Below are positions 51,801 through 64,000 of a stretch of 64,000 nucleotides of DNA, piece by piece. Made by a program: the position numbers and the translations under genes. Source of the DNA: Octopus sinensis (taxonomy: Eukaryota); contig NC_043003.1 in assembly GCF_006345805.1 (NCBI RefSeq), forward strand, positions 51,212,001 through 51,276,000, read 5' to 3'. Every line of letters starts with the position of its first letter. The first letter of the stretch is position 1. The notes beneath the pieces are model-generated. The model was not told the origin of the DNA, made no database searches, and saw only the letters and a list, made by a program, of their open reading frames with translations.

Positions 51801-51976
51801 CTTTTACTGTGATATTAATCCTTTTGTACGATATTTCAGTTAAAACACACTGCTTGTGTTTCAATTAATTTTTAAAATAATGAAGAATTTAGTAAAGTAA
51901 CTTTGTCATTGTTAAGTTGGTGTTTGGAGCATAAATCAACATGAACTTTTGATGTAAGGTTTTAATGTAATTCACT

Positions 51977-52205
51977 TTAACCCTTTAGCATTCAGATTGC
52001 TCTGTCGAATGTAATATCTATTTATTCACATTATTTTGAATTAACAATGCATTATCTTGTAGCTTTGAGATTTCAGTGGTGTGATTCCCTTATTTTTAGA
52101 ATGATATCCTCGGGTAGATGTGAGAATTCAGATCTGGTCTGTGTTAACATAAAGCTTGTAGGATATTTGAGCCAGATATAGCCAATTTAAATATCAAAGC
52201 ATTAA
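51977..52205 (+). mobile_element. TTAA MITE, same family as 20749-20977
   Basis: ttaaccctttagcattcagatt... Confidence 0.6.
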
Positions 52206-52750
52206 ACATATCAAATAACTAGAGCTGGTCTCAGGCAGGTTAGTATTAAGAGTGTTAGACCTTGCAGCACTCTTTGCAGTAACAAACTTTACAACAACAC
52301 TGTTTAATGTAACATTAGATTCAAATGTTGGCATAAGTCTAGCAATTTTGGGAGAGGGGTTAAGTATATTACAGTGTCTCCAATGCTTGAGTGGTACTTA
52401 TAGTTTATCAACCCCAAAAGGGTGAAAGGCAAAATTGATCCCAGCAGAATTTGAACTCAGAACACTGCCTTAACCCTTTGAGCCCTGAACTCCTGAACCT
52501 TATTTTACCATACACCTGGCATCCACAGGTGCTATGGTATAGAGAAAAATAAGCCATCCACCGGTAAACCTGTGTTACAGGCTCAAAGAGTTAATCTGTT
52601 TAATTTTAAAACTCATCGCATTTTGCTGTGATAGAACCTTACAACCCTATTTACTGTAAAATAAAATTTGACAGCACTTATAAAATTTCTTTGTCTTTTC
52701 CTTACTGTTAATTTAATTTCTGGTTTTTTTTTTCTCCTTTTAAAATAAAG

Positions 52751-52861
52751 GAAAACGAGGCTGAACATGCCACTCCTGGGTGTCTCCGTACAGCTTTGAA
52801 TGAAATTGGATTGCTTGAAGTGGCCGACCAAGTATTTCCTGATATTGAAGCAAGTAACTGA
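52751..52861 (+). CDS. THOC1: THOC1 terminal coding exon (ENEAEHATPGCLRTALNEIGLLEVADQVFPDIEASN*)
   Basis: ataaag acceptor; HATP..L..AL...GL..A end of death domain; TGA at 52859-52861. Confidence 0.9.
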   Translation, partial: ENEAEHATPGCLRTALNEIGLLEVADQVFPDIEASN

Positions 52862-52908
52862 TGAAACACATCCATGTCCTCTGTCAAGGTTTCAACAGTT
52901 TCATTTCA

Positions 52909-53320
52909 AGGGACTGGGACAATATTACCATGTTTTATATTGTCCCATTTTATTCAACAGTTAGATGAAATGGGACACTACTTTTTCTACCATCACTACT
53001 ACTACTACCATGTTTTATATTGTCCCATTTTATTCAACACTTGAATGAAACGAAATGATGCTATTATGTTTCATACTTGCCCACCAGATTGAAATGGGAC
53101 ACTATTACTACTGTATTTTATATTGTCCCATTTTATTGGACAGTTGATAAAAATGGGGCATTACTGTTATGTGAAAAAGTATTCCATTTTATTTGGTATT
53201 GGGGTGAAATGGGACATTGTTACTACTATGTCTTATGTAGTCCCACTTTATTGAATACTGGATTAAAATGGGACATTACTGTTATGTGAAAAAGCATCTC
53301 ATTTTATTCAACAGTTTCAA
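52909..53320. repeat. Degenerate tandem repeat of about 60 bp with internal inverted motif, in the predicted THOC1 3'UTR
   Basis: Six units of aaatgggaca...tgtcccattttatt. Confidence 0.8.
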
Positions 53321-53576
53321 TCCACTGAGCAAGAGTGAATATTTGCAGTGTTAGCTGTATATCTAGTAGGATTCCATTTAATCCAGCATCATTTTGTTCA
53401 GCTCAACCTGATCTTATTAAATGAAATTTAAAAGACAGATTTGTAGCTTAACAGATCCGGAATAATATTATCTATAAAAAAGAAACTGAAAAAAAATACA
53501 AAACAAAACCTGTTGGACTTTTTATACATTTTTCCAGGTTATCTATCTCATAAGTTTGATCAAACAAAAAGAAAAA

Positions 53577-53582
53577 AATAAA
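53577..53582 (+). terminator. Candidate THOC1 polyadenylation signal AATAAA
   Basis: AATAAA about 715 nt after the stop codon, followed by T/GT-rich sequence; not transcript-verified. Confidence 0.4.
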
Positions 53583-54589
53583 CATTCCCTTGTCTAACAG
53601 CTTGTTTTTATTGATGCTATTGTTCTTGCCATTGTTATTTTATCTATTGAGAACTAGTACAATCCTGTTTGATTTTCATTGTACAAAGCCAGAATTGCTA
53701 TAATTTATCAATAGTCATCACTGGTGGCATCATCACCATTATCAGCTTCACTAATGCCATCATATTCACCACTATCATCATCACCTGTGACATCGTTTTC
53801 ACCATCACCCTCATCATCATCATCATTATCAACAACAATAATGAAATCATTTTTGTTGTCATTGTTTTAATCATCATGACCACATTCAGCAGATGACAAG
53901 TAAATCTTCCACTGAATTAGACACTAGTCTGTCTGTCTCTCTTTCTTTCTTTTTCTTCACTTACGATAAAATGCACTTCTGTGTGGAAAACCAGCAAATC
54001 TCCTGTCACTACACACAACAGTGAAGCCTACCTACTGAAATGTCTGCTTAGAGTAAGGTGAACTTGGCAGTGAAGATTAAGTGTCTTTGACATATACAAA
54101 ACAGAATGGTGGTGTTAGAATATGAACCACTGATATCTTGGTTTATTATCTTGTGTTCTATCAATTTAGTCATCTCAAAGCTGATGGATTTGAAATGTCA
54201 TATAAGAGTGACACTTCTAATTCCATAGCATACCTCAAGGTTCAGTTTAGAGGCCAGTGTTATTTAATTATTATTGCCCAGTTAAGTGTAAGGTGTTTTT
54301 TTAAGTCTTTTTTTGTTGTTTTTTAATGTATGACTGTGTAATAGTGATCTTGTGACCGTTATAAAAATCTTTAATCCATAACACCATTATGGTACTATCC
54401 TGTGGACTACAGGTTTGTACGTTCAAATGAAGCTAACAGTCTTTCCATCACAAACATTAAGAAACATTAAATTCAATCAGTGGTACTGTGGACATTTTCT
54501 GATTAGACTGCTAGATTTTTTATCTTGATGACAGTAGTTGTTGAAAGATTCTCATACCCATCAAAATTAGAGGTGGGTTTTCCAGAAGT

Positions 54590-55411
54590 ATAACAGCTAG
54601 AGTAGGAACAGGTTGGATAAAGTTCATGAAGCTATTATGCCTGCTAGTTACAAAGAATTTCTTTCTCAGAATGAAAGGCAGATAGCTAATGCTGTGGGCA
54701 TCTTCTGTGAACAAGTTGAAAACATTCTGCATAACAAACTTGGCATGTCGAAGGTTTCCACTCGGTGGGTGCCACGACTTTTGACATCTGATCAAAAGCA
54801 CACCAGGATGGTCATGTTGCAGGCGAACTTGGCACTTTTTGAAGCAAACCCAGCCAGTTTTCTTGATCTTTTCCTCACCCAAGATGAATGTTGGGTTCAC
54901 CACTTTGAGCCAAAGACCAAACGGCACTCCATGCAGTGGAAACACCTGTCTTCTCTCTCACCAAAGAAGGCCAAGGTGGTGTAATCAGCAGGGAAGGTGA
55001 TTAAGTCAAAATGGCCTGAAAAACTGATGAAGGGGGTCCTGCTTCACCAGAACAATGCTCCTGCACACAAGTCTGTGGTTGCAATGGCTGCTGTGCATGA
55101 CTGTGGCTTTGAACTGGTTGATCACCCTCCATATTCTGATTTGGCACCATCTAACTATTTTCTGTTCCCCAACATGAAAACACACTTCTCTGGGAAGTGA
55201 TATTAGACCGATGATAAGGTCATATCTGCTGTTGAGGATTTTTCTGAGGGTCAGGATGAGAGCTTCTATACCACGGGAACTCAAGCACTGCAACACCAAT
55301 GGAAGAAGTGTGTGGACTGCAGGGAAGACTATGTCGAAAAATAAAACTTATTTGGTCAAGTTCAACCATTGCATCATGGTCAGCCTATGAATTTTTCAGT
55401 CCACCCTCGTA
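54590..55411 (+). mobile_element. Decayed mariner (irritans-like), 5'-truncated with internal deletion
   Basis: KVSTRWVPRLLT, DECWVHH, HQNNAPAH, HPPYS-DLAPSNYFLFPNMK, GDYVEK-like end; 3' TIR ttcagtccaccctcgta. Confidence 0.88.
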
Positions 55412-56056
55412 CATGTCTACCATGCAGATTCTAAAGGAATTGTGTTGGATCCAGTGGCAGCTCGTAGATAAAATTTTTGAATCATTGTTTTAATATTATG
55501 CAAAAGAAAACAAACATATAAAAAGAATATTTATGTATAAACTTGGTCGGTTTACGTTTTAGCCACTACCAGATAGTGTGTTTAATTTGTTCACTGAACA
55601 CCACCACTAATACCCCCTTGTTTTTCAAAAATCCCCTTTAAATCACAAAATAAGGGGTTGGGAAATCTGCCCTATTTCTCAAATCCTGGCAGCAACACTT
55701 CAGCTGGAAGCAAGATAATAATCTAATTCTACACTTTATCACATTCAAGAATATAAACACGTTTTTAAGCACAACACATGCGGAGTCAAAAAGAAACACT
55801 ACTTTTCACCAGCACTGCGTGAACCACAGTCTTCTCTCTCCCTAGCATGGTGCTTCCTATCTCAGACATATGAGCATGCGCACAACAGCCAAACACTGCA
55901 TCACTGGAACTGTGAAGCGCACAGTTTTATACAAGGATTTTTGTATTTTTTATAAACTAGGGGATGGCTACTGACTTTAAGGTTAAGGATTATATAATGT
56001 ACAAGTATATAGAAAGAATTAAAGAAAAAAAGGACTCATCATATTGAGTGTTATAT

Positions 56057-56269
56057 GGCAGTGAGCTGGTAGAATCGTTAGCACACTGGACAGAATACTT
56101 AATGGTATTTCGCCCATCGCTATGCTCTGAGTTCAAATTTTAACGAGGTCAACTTTGCCTTTTATCCTTTTGGGATAAATTGAGTACCGGTTATGTACTG
56201 GGATCAGTTTAATCGACTAGCCTCATCCCCCAAAATTTCAGGCCTTGTGCCTTTAGTAGAAAGGATTAT
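56057..56269 (+). mobile_element. Nin/Deu-domain-like SINE
   Basis: ggcagtgagctggtagaatcgttagc...gaggtcaactttgccttttatcc...aaaggatta. Confidence 0.65.
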
Positions 56270-58479
56270 ACTGGTTGGATCTGTTTGTACTTAATATGCC
56301 TCAGTCATCATTCAGGCTTATCATTGTCCACCTCTTTCGCTCTATTTCTATCATATTTTTATTTTTTCCATCCACCCATCCTGGATATTCTGTCATCAAT
56401 TTCCCCACACATCCATCTTAGTGCATTCCTTGAGTGAATAAATTCATCATAGAGTTGTGAAGGTACAAAACAATCTCTTTCACTAGTGCTGGCACCACAA
56501 TAGAATGCATCCAGTAAAATGTTTTGGGAATGAGTGAAGATGAAATTGGGTTCGGGGGACCTTTTAGTCTTGTCAAGGACATAAACTTTCTAGTGCCATG
56601 ATGAAATACAATAGTGCACTCTGTAAATTGGTTTGTTATAGAAAGGACATGAGCCATTGAAAACAAGTAGAAAACTAAATGCCAGATGTGACCCATCTAG
56701 GAGGTAGTCATTCTGAATAAACACTAGCTCAGACCGTGATGTCCCCTCCAATCCTTGCCAACAGGGAAAGCTGATATAAAATTATGAGGTGGATGATGAT
56801 GTTGATTTGCTGTGCTCAGGAAGACCCATCAATCACAGCAAAATTGATATCCTAAAACCACCTTAGTTATGCTTGTATATTCAGTGCCTTACCCCTCCAT
56901 CCTTTCTCTGTTATCAAGCATTCCTCATGTTTCAACCCCTGACACCAATCATTTCTCTGTTTATGACACTACTCAACTGAAAGCAGAATCAGCACCTATT
57001 ACATACCACCACTTGTTTGTGCATGCAGTTACCTCCAACTCCTCAACTCATTGAACCACTTCCTTTACTCATTCACTACCAATTACCTCTCTCCTGTGCC
57101 ATACTCCAATTTCATTCCTTTCATTTCTGCTATTGTTCTCAATATACACTCATATCAGTCATCATGCCCAACCAATTATAGCCACCCTTATGTACTTTTA
57201 CACCTCCCTCCCTGCCACACCTGAACTTTGCACATCATTCCCCTACTTCCCAATCTATTCTCCTTCTTGAGTTCTATCTCTCCCAAATTACTCCCCACTC
57301 CACACTGGTATTTCCCCTCTACAGCAAGACTTTCTATCACACTTTAACTCTCAACACCTTGCATAAAACCAGCACTCCACTCGAATACTCTCTACTTAGT
57401 TGTGGGGTCTTTTTCTTGTTCTTTTTCTCATTTTGCTAGTTGCTTGGTGACCTCTCAAGTGCTGATGGCATTCAAAGAAGCACACATGCACACTGCAAAG
57501 TGGAAGGTGTTAGAAAGGGCATCCAGCCATAAAAACCATGCCAAAGTTGATATTGAAGCTCAACATGGCCCCGTCATACTCTCTAGCGCATGGCAGAATG
57601 GAAAACAGATGTTGAATATATACAAATATATAAATAATAAACAGATAGACGGGTTGATGCCAGTACCACCAGACTGGCCCTCATGCCAGTGGCACATAAA
57701 AAGCACCCACTACACTCTCAGAGTGGTTGGTGTTAGGAAGGGCATCCAGCTGTAGAAACTTTGCCAGATCAGATTGAAGCTTGGTACAGCCTTCTGGCTT
57801 GCCAGTCCTCAGTCAAACCGTCCAACCCATGCCAGTATGGAAAGCAGACGTTAAACGACGATTATGATGATGATGACATGCTAAGTGGTTGGTGATAGGA
57901 AGGGCAAGATGTAAAAGCCATGCAAAAAAAAAAAAAAAGGAATGAATGCAAATTTGTGGACTCTATTCTATATAACACAGTAACTAAGAGAGTAGAAACT
58001 GAATAAAACTAATACCAGTGGCATGATAAAATGCACTTAGTCTTAGGTGAGACCCATGAAATTCATGTCAACATAGCCAAGCATATGTATAACTTTGTGT
58101 ATACCCTTGTCTAGATATCACATGATAGTTGTAAATAGGCATCATCATCATCATACATGCAAGGTTGTACATTTCCAGCCTTCAGTGAGAAACATGTCCA
58201 GCTATAAGAAAATATTACCTTGCTTGGAAACAGGTGAGGGTTAACAACAGGAAGGGCATCTCACCTTAGAAAAGGTGCCTCAACAAATTCTGTTTGACCC
58301 ATACAAGCATAGAAAAAAAAATGAACATCAAATAATGACGAGGCGGAAGAGGTGGTCAAATAAAACTGAAATATGCCAGGAACACTGTCTTAAAGTATCA
58401 GCACACTGAGAAGTTACCCAGGGGACTCAAGGGTTTAGGGATCCAATTTTGATGTATGTTGTGGTTTAATAATAATATA

Positions 58480-58870
58480 ATGAAATTATTGTATACAGTG
58501 CTCAGGTGCACCATAACTTGTCAGAAAGTGCATATAAAGTATATGCAGTAATGTACAAATGTCTGGAAAGCAAATAATATATGAGTCAGATAAATGCTTG
58601 TGTGTGTATGGAGGGGAGAAAATCAGGTGTAGTGTTAGCGAATCTCAGAAAGCATGGAAGTTTTGAAGGATGCAGTGCTCCAACAACTAACAACTGATGC
58701 CGGCAGTTTGTTCCATGCTTCAGCAACTCTCAGTGTGAAAAAAATGTTTCCTAAGTCATGGGAGCTGTGCTATTTTCTGACTTTGTAAATATGTCCATGG
58801 GTGGAGTTTGAAAAGGTGCTCAGAGTTATTGTTTGTAAGATGGTTAATAATTTTATGGGTGTCTGCTAAA
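58480..58870 (-). mobile_element. Decayed CR1-like LINE 3' end
   Basis: HKIINHLT...HLFKLHP...RKHFF...WNKLPASVV-like fragments across frameshifts. Confidence 0.65.
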
Positions 58871-59249
58871 TACAATAGAACCCAATGACCTGATTTACCT
58901 GGAGGCCTGTCATGCCAAGACAGCCCTCTTCAGGAGTTGACACCACACTGTCGTTACAGCTCAGGCTCACTCAGCATATTTAATTCATTGACATTTTGAG
59001 GTTTCATATTTTGTCTTTTCTGATTAGAATTTTGTAATTAAGAAAAACAAGAAAAACGCTTTAGTGATGAGATGATTGTGTTCATCATCAAAGGTATGAA
59101 TAGAATTAAAATAAGTTTACTAAATCATATATGTTAGGCTTACTACATCATGTTGTGTTATCCTAGTTAATATTTGGACCATTGAAAACAAACTGAAATA
59201 AATACGCAATGAGGAAAGTTATACTAATCAATGATTGATCTCAGAACAG

Positions 59250-59655
59250 AAAGCAACGGGACTACATTGCGTACATTATTCAGAACGTCGGTCTACAGAC
59301 TCTGCCAATTTGCATGACCATTAAAAAAGAAATGAGTGTTGTAGTTTGGTCTCCTGTTCCAGGAGAACTATAACCACAGACATTCCAACCGTGACTATCC
59401 GGTTGTTGTTTTTTTTAGATGTACTGTATTATTATTCAATGCGTTCTTTTCTTATTTAAAACATTACAAGGTCATCTGAGAAGGATGTTTTGATATTTCT
59501 TGCGGTAAGAACGACTGAATAATAGACTAGCGCGTCGGAAAAGAAATTAATAATAGAATTACGTAAATTCTATAAAAAAAAATACATTTACTGTACTTAC
59601 CTCCCTTGGTTATCACGTGATTAACTATCCCTTCACATTAACACTAACACACAAA
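59250..59655. promoter_or_regulatory. Putative promoter region of the TMEM59-like gene
   Basis: Locally elevated CpG, TCACGTGA palindrome at 59613-59620, ATTTGCAT at 59308-59315, ACTACA cores at 59261-59266 and (reverse) 59340-59346. Confidence 0.45.
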
Positions 59656-59796
59656 ATGGCGCTCAACGCTCGCTTTCATTTGTTGATCTTCTCTGTGTTT
59701 TTTGTGGCCTTAACCCAAGCAAATTTTGGCCAATTCTTCGATGACGTTACGTCATGTCTGAACGTTTGCAGTAAAAATTTCTCTTCCAACGAAAAG
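59656..59796 (+). CDS. First coding exon of a signal-peptide protein, tentatively TMEM59-like (MALNARFHLLIFSVFFVALTQANFGQFFDDVTSCLNVCSKNFSSNEK)
   Basis: aaaATGG context, hydrophobic signal peptide, F..D..SC..xC motif resembling the TMEM59 N-terminus, AAG/GTAAC phase-0 donor, CpG-retaining surroundings; exon 2 not found in the window. Confidence 0.65.
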
Positions 59797-62700
59797 GTAA
59801 CGCCGTTTTACTGTTGACGTATTTTCTTGTCTTCTTTGTCCTTATTTTTCTCTGTCTGTTATTGCTTACAAAACACAGTTGCTATATGCTACGCACACAG
59901 TCTATCAATTACACACACACACACACGCATACATACATACATACATACAATACAATACAAACCTCTATGTTATGTACAGTTTTATTTGCTCTAATACACA
60001 TACAACCGGAATGTTATTATGAAAGTATGCACGTCTTTAAGGTATACGTGCAGTCAGTCGTACAAGTATGTTTGTACACACCCGTAATTGTTTCTTCGAA
60101 TGTATACACGACTGGTTCGCTTATAAAAGCATATCTGGACATCCACTATGCTATGGTGATATACAATGATACACTGCATGAACAAGAAAGCCTCTATACA
60201 GACGCTCGGTCTGCTAAAAATAGCAACCAAATCGCCCTGAAATTATATGCTACCATCTTAAAAATGGAAATATGCATTAGATATTGCAGTGTTATGATAC
60301 GCTGTCTGAAGAAAAACAATAATAGAGAAAAGATGTGGAATGGTCATGGCTGGATTATCTTTGATTAAAAGTCTATTCAATAATTATGCTCTTGAGGTTA
60401 TTTATGGTTTTTATACGAATACTCATATGCTATTTAACATTATATTACTTGTCTTTTAAGTCGGTTAATATAGGGCGTAACAAATATCAGAAAATCAAAA
60501 AAAAAATGTGTGTAATAGGTGTAAAACAACTTCCTATGAACGAATATGAAAAAAAAAATTCGCGCACGCGAAAGGGGGTGGTGGGGGAGAGGCCTCGGAA
60601 AATTCACATCGGGAAGTTCCGAAAGCGTCTGAGGGGCTGACCCGGGCACCAAAACAACTACATAGCTGTATGTTTGTTACACTATAAAAGCATGTCTTGC
60701 GCACACTTTTCACGAATGCAAACTATTACGCACACTCATGCATGTATACAACAATAACCTACACAACACACTGTCGACCACAGATAGTTCTCAAATGACA
60801 CCTTGCTGTGTTAACAAAAAGAAAGAGCACACACCAATACATTGGTTAATGTAGTTTATATATATTATGTTTGAATTAAAAGACGGAATAGCCGCGACTT
60901 CGACGCTAATCATAGGTTTGCTGGATCGGATCACAGATTGCCTGAGGCTAAACAACAATATTCTCTTCCCTAGATACAACTTTGGAGGAGAAAATGGTGT
61001 GTTAAAATTGATATGCCTTTCGTCGACGGTATTAAGTGCGTGTGTGCATGTCTAATACACACATATATATATAATAATAGTATAAATAATATATAAATAT
61101 ATGCATATATACATACATATATGTACATACCTACATATATACTTATATGGGTACATATATACATATATAGAATGTGGCATTAAAGCTAATTGTGGAGTCG
61201 GGTGGAGGAGATTCAATCAATTACACCCCTTCTCTTAGTTTTGTGGTATAGATACAATAAAGCAATAATTTTTGTATCTGTATTAGAAATACGATGTGAC
61301 GACGTTAGGAGTTGGACATTCTTTTCACCCCTCACTCTATGCTATTGTCTATCTTCCTCGGAGTTTACTCATTCCATTACACACGACACCATAACACAAA
61401 GAAATGACTAAACCTCTGTGTTTGTGTGTGTGTATGTAGAGAGAGAGAGAGAGATAAAGAAAGCTTTGTTGATTTGATTTTTGCCTTTGTTAAAAAAAAA
61501 AAATATCTCGAAAATAATAAACATTTTGTACTTCATATTTTTTGGCATTTACGTTTGTTTCATGCATTCGGAAAGGCATGAGAGCATCAGGGCTACTCAG
61601 ATTTTCACTGGCACTATCAGACTACACACATCTACGAGTGATCGTTAATGTTCCCGTTTAACCGTAGGTCAACCCTATCGATTTAATCTATAATCAAAGG
61701 CGTTACAGCTGTGCCCATCCCGTCTTTTTCTTCGGACATAGTGTATCAAGGAGCTCATTATTCAATGCATCTTTTTTTTTTTTTTTTTTCTATTAAAAAA
61801 ATTTGACTTGTTTTTAGCGAATCGAATGACCAGTTAAAATTTGACAGTTGTATTATCGTTTAGCCCTAGGTCTTTTCTGATTGAGCATATATCTCTGATT
61901 AACAGCATTCCATTCGTGAACATTCTTTTTTTCTTCTTTATCATGGATACATTATCTAAGTAGCCGTCGTTGTTTTTAAGCCGACAAGGTGTGATTCGTC
62001 GGAGATTTGACAGCTACTTTTAGCATGCGAGCGATAGTGCAGTGGCTTCTTGGCTGACTCGTCGTCTGTTGTCGTTGTCTAAGTGTAGGTAGTCTTAGAA
62101 ATAGAGACAACACAATTTATAGGTCACTGGCAGTTCAAGCCAGAATATAAACTGTCTCGGAAGTAACATAATGTCGACCGTCGTCCTGCATTGACGATGG
62201 ATATTAAAAGCAGAGTTCATTGTTCGGGTATTTACTGCCTTGTCTGTTACAGTCATTTAGCGAACTTCTTTAAAAATATGTTCACTTACAATAAAAGCGT
62301 TGTAATCTTACGTAGATTTGGGGTTCATAGTGTTCTTAAAATATTCCTTAATTTTTAAATTGTAAACTTTGGATTATCCATTTAATTTTGTAAATAATTC
62401 GAGTTGTTGCTATTTTGAGCATCTCATGTTTTTGTACATCGGAGACTGCATTATCCAAATGCGTATGACTAATGGATGATTTAGCAGCTATTTCTAGCAG
62501 TTCGAGTACCTGTGCAGACCTTGCTAGTTTTGTGCCAATTATGTCTTTTTGTTCGACCCTGGGTTAGTTCTGATTAGAGATGTCCGAGTTGCGATCATCG
62601 TCTTATTTATTTATTTGTCGAACTTCGGTTCGATGGTTATGTTATTTTTAATATGTGCAGTGATTATGCCCACAGTTTAGCTAAGTGAATTGATGCCATG

Positions 62701-64000
62701 GTCAGCAGAGAATAGATTAGGTCATCTGACATCAGGAACAAGTTCAAATCTACAGATGTCATTTATCGTTGTATTCTTGGTCATCAACAATATCCATATA
62801 GCTCGTTCTCCAAACGGAAATGGCATGTTTTATTCACATCCATCGTTTCACTGCATGTGCATATGTATTAATAGAGAACAGAATAAGCAATTATTTCAGA
62901 TATTTCATTCTATTATAGGTGCAGCTATGGCTGTGAGGTTAAGAAGTTTGTTTTGTAACCATGTAATTTAGGGCTAGTTCCCACTGCATGGCACTACGGT
63001 GTAGGGGGGTATCTTTTATGGCCTTAGACTGACCAATGCCTTGTGGGTGGAATTGGTAAATGAAAACTGCGAGAATACTATGACTTTGTAGTTAAGAAGT
63101 TTGCTCCCCAAGCATATGGCTACAGGTTCAGTCCCACTCTGTGACACCTTTAGCAAGTGTCCTCTGCTATAGTTCTGGGTTGCCCAAAGCCTTGTGGGCA
63201 GGTTTGGTAGATGGAAACTGAATGAAGTCCATCATATATGTATGTCAGGTTTGACAGGACCTCATGGTTCCTAGAATCACATCCTTCTCCAATGTACTTG
63301 TATCCTCAGTTAAGTGGTTGGCGATAGGATAGGGCATCCAGTTATAGAAAACAAGCCAAAAGATACATGCAAGCACCAGTCTCTGGGAGCAGTACCCTTC
63401 AATAAGAAATGACTCCAACAATGGCTATCTGTTTATCCCATGCAAACATGAAAACAAATGTAAACTGATGGTGATTATATATATATATATAGGTGTGTTT
63501 GCATCATGCATTTGTGTTGACATTTGCATGGTGTCCATATAAACGATGTATTTATTTATAAGCTGCTATGAAAATCTGTCTATTGAGCTGTCATTCAAAA
63601 GGCTTGGAGAAATATTACCTTACTTAGGAACAGGCATAGGTTGACAACAGTGAGAACTTCTGCCTCAATAAGTCTGACATATACCTGCATGGAAAATTGG
63701 AAGTTAGAATTATGATGAATAAAATCACTCCAACTTCAAAAAATTAAATTTTCTTTGTCATTATATATTTGTGGCTTCTGAATTTCCTTTAAGATTCTGT
63801 AGCTCCTGTGTGGCAGGTGTTGGAGAATAAATGTTAGAAGCATTTGGAGCAAATGATGTTGACTTCATAGAAACTTTACTACAGACAATTATATGACCAA
63901 GTGGTAAGTTAATGGGAGATTAATTTGCTTCAACTTCATTAATTTCAATAATCTTAAATTAAAGATTATTAGCTGCTTCACGAAGCTTACTACTTTTTAT

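Noticed and set aside
55740-55945. Possible snoRNA or structured ncRNA on the minus strand
   Set aside because: C- and D-like boxes are too close and imperfect; more likely a DNA-transposon fragment.
59814-60368. 184-aa ORF
   Set aside because: Lies in intron 1 after the donor, includes microsatellites and has no recognisable domain.
63770-63910. Candidate exon 2 of the TMEM59-like gene
   Set aside because: All frames after the candidate acceptors hit stops and lack the expected Cys motif.

Overview
AT-rich, repeat-dense animal genomic DNA. The repeat repertoire (tRNA-SINE families, (TA)n/(GAT)n tails, Penelope, Tc1/mariner) points to an octopus or other coleoid cephalopod (inference). The window holds the last 12 coding exons of THOC1/Hpr1 (+ strand, 439-52861). 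All splice phases join into one open frame ending in the C-terminal death domain. At 59656-59796 lies the first coding exon of a signal-peptide protein resembling TMEM59. The 16-kb THOC1 intron (5004-21046) is the most interesting region. It contains a decayed Tc1, an antisense Penelope-like element (RT + GIY-YIG, two frameshifts) that ends in a minimal hammerhead ribozyme with the compensatory U3-A8 core, and, at 8.1-13.0 kb, three tandem palindromes. Each palindrome carries the same type I hammerhead twice in opposite orientation, giving six copies in total. Other introns contain mariner, R4/Dong-like, Tx1-like and CR1 remnants, fold-back MITEs, nested SINEs and minisatellites. The predicted THOC1 3'UTR contains a degenerate tandem array of small hairpins. 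All family assignments come from recognising motifs by eye; no searches were run.
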